Part shown: positions 59,345-64,000 of the stretch, piece after piece | Numbering within the stretch: position 1 is the stretch's first letter | Layout of the letters: every line of letters begins with the position of its first letter | Virus record (IMG/VR): IMGVR_UViG_3300023296_001674 | Source: a virus | Direction: 5' to 3' (one strand) | DNA: 64,000 nucleotides | Notes under the pieces: generated by a model | Database searches by the model: none | What the model was told of the DNA's origin: nothing | What the model saw: the letters and a program-made list of their open reading frames with translations, nothing else | Translations under genes and position numbers: made by a program

Positions 59345-60082
59345 ATGAGTGAAATTCGCAAAAATTTAGCTGATCGTATTATTTCACGTCTTGCGGGGCG
59401 AATAATCGACGTTGAGTTAGGTCCAGAAGATTTGGAAGAATGCATTCTAACAACTTTGGATAAATATAAGCAACGAAGTTCAAATTCCGTTGATGAAGGT
59501 TATTTTTTCCTTGAATTACAGGAAGATAAAACAGAATATTACTTACCAAAAGAAATAGTTGAAGTTCGCGAGATATTTAGACGCGGAATAGGCAGGACAC
59601 AAGGTGGTGTCACATTTGATCCATTTGGTGCTTCAGCAACCAACTTTTATTTACTTGAAGCTGGACGTCAAGGTGGCTTGGCTACTTATAGACTGTTTAC
59701 AGAATATCAAGAATTGATTGGAACGATGTTTGGCGAGCACGTTATGTTTACATGGCAACCAAGCAATCATAGATTAGAAATTGTAAGAAATATACGTGGA
59801 CCAGAATCGGTATTACTGTGGTGTTATTATAATAGAAACGATGATTCAATCATTGATGATATATATGCCAAGCCTTGGGTCGTAGATTACGCGGTTGCGC
59901 GTGCAAAAGTTATGTTAGGTGAAGGTCGTGGTAAATTTTCACAGATTATCGGTCCTCAAGGTGGAACAACCTTGAATGGTGATCAAATAAAAAACGAAGG
60001 TATATCAGATATAGATCGTTTAGAAACAGAAATATTAGAATTAGGTTCGGGTGAAATGCCACTTTCATTCATTATAGGGTAA
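59345..60082 (+). CDS. gp13: Neck protein (gp13-like)
   Basis: IIDVEL...; W..DYA.A..K..LG..RGKF...GP.GG.TLNG; C-terminal FIIG. Confidence 0.85.
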   Translation: MSEIRKNLADRIISRLAGRIIDVELGPEDLEECILTTLDKYKQRSSNSVDEGYFFLELQEDKTEYYLPKEIVEVREIFRRGIGRTQGGVTFDPFGASATNFYLLEAGRQGGLATYRLFTEYQELIGTMFGEHVMFTWQPSNHRLEIVRNIRGPESVLLWCYYNRNDDSIIDDIYAKPWVVDYAVARAKVMLGEGRGKFSQIIGPQGGTTLNGDQIKNEGISDIDRLETEILELGSGEMPLSFIIG

Positions 60083-60084
60083 TC

Positions 60085-60594
60085 ATGACAGATAGTAGTT
60101 GCGATGACATACAAGAGTACTTAAATATAGTACAAGGGAATTTTCCTATTAACGAAAGTCAAAATGATGACGATTCCGTTAGTTTTGGTGTGTCTACAGC
60201 AGGAGCTATTGCTGGTGATACATATATCTATGATAATGGATTAAGATGGGCACAATTAGTCGAAGAAGAAGAAAATCATTGGTTTATACGCAATGGATTT
60301 TTAGAATATAGTGCAGATACAGAAGAATATATATCAAAGCATGATATGACTTCTATGATTAGATCGGGTGATATGGTTTTATTTGAAGAAGATGCTAGTG
60401 ATGATGTTCTATTAGAGGAAACGTTGTCACTAGAAGACGGCAAATTTGACGATTTTATGAATAACGTTGAACGATACCTTTTAATAAATGAAGGACGTGA
60501 GACTTTTGATTTTGATTATGAATGGAGTGATGCATGGTTAGAAGGTAAAACCCCTTCTGAATCCGCCGATGAAGCAATTTTATTGGAAGGATAA
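60085..60594 (+). CDS. Acidic hypothetical protein
   Basis: 169-aa ORF within the late operon. Confidence 0.7.
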   Translation: MTDSSCDDIQEYLNIVQGNFPINESQNDDDSVSFGVSTAGAIAGDTYIYDNGLRWAQLVEEEENHWFIRNGFLEYSADTEEYISKHDMTSMIRSGDMVLFEEDASDDVLLEETLSLEDGKFDDFMNNVERYLLINEGRETFDFDYEWSDAWLEGKTPSESADEAILLEG

Positions 60595-60597
60595 ACT

Positions 60598-60945
60598 ATG
60601 ATACCAGAAATAACTTTAGGTGCTGATGCCATTTTATGGATTACCGCTTTAATATCTATCACCGTTGCATTAGTTGTTAAAGATTTTATAACAACATTTG
60701 TTGCTGGATTTTTCTTTTATATGAATCGTGATTTTTCTGAAGGACATCATGTTTTTATTGATGGTGAAGAAGCGGTTATTATAAAAGTTGGTTTAAGAAA
60801 TACCATATTTGAAATAAAAAATGGTCGCGGTGAGACATGGCGATATGTTCCCAATGATAGAATAAAAATGTTAAAACTTGAGAGAGTTATAACCCCAAAA
60901 CCAAAACCCCAAAATAGACGAAATGTAGACAAAAAGGATGTGTAA
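60598..60945 (+). CDS. Small membrane protein with an MscS-like TM3/beta domain
   Basis: Hydrophobic N-terminus, VKDFITTFVAGFF...F.EG..V.IDG, VPN. Confidence 0.65.
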   Translation: MIPEITLGADAILWITALISITVALVVKDFITTFVAGFFFYMNRDFSEGHHVFIDGEEAVIIKVGLRNTIFEIKNGRGETWRYVPNDRIKMLKLERVITPKPKPQNRRNVDKKDV

Positions 60946-62096
60946 TGTCAAAACTGCGCTTATGGAATCGAAAAAAAGGTAATGATTATAAGTTCTTCGA
61001 TAGAACTATAAGTGAAATGTTCAATGTGGGCGGCACGGAGTTTATGGTGCATAAATACGTTGGCACAGTTAATCAAGGTGGTGGCACCAATCCAACACAG
61101 CCTAGTTATCCGGGCGATGCCGCAACTAATATTCAAGACATGTTATTATTGGAAAATCGCGACAGAGTTTATGATAAAAATATATATTCATTAATGGGTT
61201 CGTATAATGTTCAAGATAATGATTTCGACTTAAGTCAATTTGGTTTATTTTTAAGCGGTGATACATTATTCATACAATTTCACCTTAATGACATGGTTGA
61301 TTTGGTTGGAAGAAAACTTATCGCTGGTGATGTATTAGAAGTTCCACATTTACGCGACGATTTAGTATTGGACGGCGAAGATGATGGAATAAGTGATACA
61401 TATGCTATACCAAAGTTATATAAAATTGAAGATGCAAGTAGATCATCTGAGGGATTTAGCCCCACGTGGTATCCGCATATATGGAGAGTTAAGATAAGTC
61501 CATTATCAGACAGCCAAGAATACAGAGATTTACTTGAACGTGATATTGGTAGTTTTAATGATGGATATCCATCATGTTTTGATGGCACTGATGCCGACGA
61601 TGATGGCAATTTGGGCGATACTGGTGTTTCGTTATCCGATTTAATAAGTACTGGCCCAATTGAAAAAGAAATAGCCGATGCGATTATAGCAGAAGCGGAA
61701 CGCGATGTCCCCAATCGCAATTTAGAACATTCACAATTATGGGTTTCAGAGCATAATGAACAAGGATTGCCACATTTATTCATGACCGACGGTGAAGCAC
61801 CAAATGGTGCAACATTATTAGGTTCCGGTTCAGAGTTTCCAGAACTCCCACCTGATGGATCATGGTTTTTACGAACAGATTATTCTCCTGATGTTTTATA
61901 TAAAAGAGAAGGATCATCATGGATTAGAACCGAAGTTGATTGGCGTGAAAAATGGACTACAGCAAATAGAACATTATTACAGTTCTTGAATAACAGAAAT
62001 ACAGTCGATACTGCCGACGGACCAATAGATTCAAAAGTTGCAGTAAGTAAAATTGTCCCACATAGAAACAAACCGGGACCAGACGAGGTAAGTTAA
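60945..62096 (+). CDS. gp14: Neck protein/head closure (gp14-like)
   Basis: IQDMLLLENRDR.YD, DLSQFGLFL, GRKLIAGDVLEVPH, WYPHIWR. Confidence 0.75.
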   Translation: MSKLRLWNRKKGNDYKFFDRTISEMFNVGGTEFMVHKYVGTVNQGGGTNPTQPSYPGDAATNIQDMLLLENRDRVYDKNIYSLMGSYNVQDNDFDLSQFGLFLSGDTLFIQFHLNDMVDLVGRKLIAGDVLEVPHLRDDLVLDGEDDGISDTYAIPKLYKIEDASRSSEGFSPTWYPHIWRVKISPLSDSQEYRDLLERDIGSFNDGYPSCFDGTDADDDGNLGDTGVSLSDLISTGPIEKEIADAIIAEAERDVPNRNLEHSQLWVSEHNEQGLPHLFMTDGEAPNGATLLGSGSEFPELPPDGSWFLRTDYSPDVLYKREGSSWIRTEVDWREKWTTANRTLLQFLNNRNTVDTADGPIDSKVAVSKIVPHRNKPGPDEVS

Positions 62097-63457
62097 TGGC
62101 AGATTATTTTTATGACCACCAAATAAGAAGATTAATAATTCAAGTATGTAGAATGCTTGGTGGATTTGTAGTGCATACTGGTGAAAATGCAGATGGTGTA
62201 GTGCAAGTAAGAGATGCACCATGTAGATGGGGTGAACCATCACGAATGGTTTCTCAGATAATGAGAAAAGGTTCAGAAAATACAATGCTTTATACACCAT
62301 TAATGAGTGTTCATATAGCAGGTATAAGTGCCGCACCGTCAAGGCGACAAAATCCCACACATGTTGAAACCGATCTTGTGGATGAACGTGAATTTGATAA
62401 TGATACTGGTTTGTATACAGAAAATTTAGGTGATAGATTTACCGTTAAGAGATATATGTCTGTTCCATATGATTTTACATTTCAATTGGATATATGGACA
62501 AGCAACCAAGATCAAAAAATGCAATTATTGGAACAATTAATGACATTATTTAATCCATCTGTCGATATTCAAACAGGTGATAATCCATTGGATTGGTCTG
62601 CTATTACATTTGCTACATTAGAAGATGATATAACATGGACGTCGAGATCAATACCAATGGGAACGGATGAACAGATTGATATCTCTACAATGAGATTTAA
62701 TATTCCTTATTGGATTAATCCACCAGCAGAACAATCACGCCGACGTGCGATTGAAACCATCGTTACTAATATGAGTACCGTGGATGAACTACCCGTCGAT
62801 GATTCAGATTTTTCGTGGAGTGAGGGTGATAATTTATATCAAAGTATTATTACTCCGGGCAATCATATAATAGATGTAACTGGTAATGAAATAAAATTGT
62901 TAGGTGATAATGGTTCAGATGTAGATTTGAATAATGAGATATATGATTGGAGTAAATTATTATATAAATATAGCAATTTCAGTGATAATAAAACAAATAA
63001 TTTAGAAATAAAAACAAAATTTGGCGATTCTGATGGTATACAGGGGAGTATTGCGTTCCATACAACAGAAAGTAATATATTATTATGGACTATTGATGAA
63101 GATACACTACCGCAAGATACACTTACACCAGTGGACGCCATTACTGACCCATCGGCTAAATTTCCTGGTGACGGTTTGCCTGCTGCTGCTTTGGGTCAGA
63201 GGTATTTGATCGCCGATAACATAACCGCAACTGGATCGATATGGGGAGATATAACTGCTGAAGTTAATAGCATTATAGAATACACCGGAACGGTGTGGAT
63301 TGTGTCGTTTGATAGCACCGCTGTAGTGGCAGACACCAAACAAGTTGTGCTTAATGTATTCACTAATAAACAATTGCGATGGAACCCAGAAAAAAAGGAT
63401 TGGGAGTTCGCAGTCGATGGGACATACAAACCAGGAACGTGGAAAATTATAACATAA
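62096..63457 (+). CDS. gp15: Tail sheath stabiliser/terminator (gp15-like)
   Basis: YFYDHQIRR, VPY..TFQLDIWTSN.DQK.Q.LEQ...LFNP. Confidence 0.85.
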   Translation: MADYFYDHQIRRLIIQVCRMLGGFVVHTGENADGVVQVRDAPCRWGEPSRMVSQIMRKGSENTMLYTPLMSVHIAGISAAPSRRQNPTHVETDLVDEREFDNDTGLYTENLGDRFTVKRYMSVPYDFTFQLDIWTSNQDQKMQLLEQLMTLFNPSVDIQTGDNPLDWSAITFATLEDDITWTSRSIPMGTDEQIDISTMRFNIPYWINPPAEQSRRRAIETIVTNMSTVDELPVDDSDFSWSEGDNLYQSIITPGNHIIDVTGNEIKLLGDNGSDVDLNNEIYDWSKLLYKYSNFSDNKTNNLEIKTKFGDSDGIQGSIAFHTTESNILLWTIDEDTLPQDTLTPVDAITDPSAKFPGDGLPAAALGQRYLIADNITATGSIWGDITAEVNSIIEYTGTVWIVSFDSTAVVADTKQVVLNVFTNKQLRWNPEKKDWEFAVDGTYKPGTWKIIT

Positions 63458-63533
63458 TATAAAACACAGACAAAACCAGATAAAAAATAAATACATATAG
63501 AATTTGGTTGGAAAATAAGAGGATAACAACGCT

Positions 63534-64000
63534 ATGCCACAATTAGTATCACCCGGTGCATCAATTACAATAACGGATGAGTCATTCTACCCTACTGCTG
63601 GGCAAGGAACCATACCACTTATTGTATTTGCTACTAGATCGAACAAGGCTAACCCAAACGATTCAGATTTTTCAGTTGAATCATCTCTTGCTCCAGGCAC
63701 AGTTCCTGACGTGGCAGGAAAATTGACTTTAGTGACAAGTCAACGTGAATTGATTCAAACATTTGGAGAGCCGGTCTTTGTTGAAGAAGCAGGAACGCCC
63801 AGCCATGGTAATGAACTTAATGAATATGGATTACATGCCGCAATGCAATATTTTGGAATAGCAGATCGTGCGTATGTAATACGTGCAGACATTCCAATGG
63901 AAGAATTAGAGCCACGCGATGTTCCCCCTGTTGGCCCTCCAGTAAATGGAACATATTGGTTTGACTTAACAACTACACAGTTTGGTGTATTTCAAGGCGA
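63534..64000 (+). CDS. gp18: Tail sheath protein (5' part; runs off the window)
   Basis: Hand translation MPQLVSPGASITITDESFY...TSQRELIQTFGEP...ELNEYGL.AA..Y...AYVIRAD; GAGGA SD and ATAAATA upstream. Confidence 0.9.
   Translation, partial: MPQLVSPGASITITDESFYPTAGQGTIPLIVFATRSNKANPNDSDFSVESSLAPGTVPDVAGKLTLVTSQRELIQTFGEPVFVEEAGTPSHGNELNEYGLHAAMQYFGIADRAYVIRADIPMEELEPRDVPPVGPPVNGTYWFDLTTTQFGVFQG

Noticed and set aside
6299-63529. Many antisense ORFs in the six-frame track (for example 27085-27675, 44359-44997, 17525-18013)
   Set aside because: Shadow frames of long genes on the opposite strand, with no motifs or translation signals
1-64000. Stop codon reassignment, as in some jumbo phages
   Set aside because: Conserved genes are full length under the standard code and TAA, TGA and TAG all appear to act as stops
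1-64000. tRNA or rRNA genes
   Set aside because: No cloverleaf or T-loop consensus found in the few intergenic gaps

Overview
AT-rich segment of a large T4-superfamily (jumbo) myophage genome, read in standard genetic code. Left to right: (1) a minus-strand operon of three glycosyltransferase-like and two radical SAM genes behind a near-consensus sigma70 promoter; (2) a minus-strand tail/baseplate module with four paralogous fibre-like proteins, a 3446-aa virion protein and gp6-, gp25-, gp5/lysozyme-, hub-, gp53- and gp48/54-like genes; (3) plus-strand gp55 late sigma, gp47/gp46, homing endonucleases and a resolvase; (4) a 286-aa ORF resembling the REC/WED half of TnpB with no RuvC, followed by about 650 nt of highly structured non-coding sequence; (5) a gp26-like chaperone pair with a candidate -1 frameshift, then tape measure, portal, protease, scaffold and major capsid; (6) an array of short ORFs sharing a C-terminal DAMAFKLRW motif; (7) dNMP kinase, neck proteins, gp15 and the start of the tail sheath. 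The strongest novelty candidates are the RuvC-less TnpB-like protein with its putative ncRNA, the DAMAFKLRW cassette array, nested domains split across two adjacent fibre genes, and the T TTT TTC frameshift. All homology calls come from motif recognition by eye; no database searches were run.
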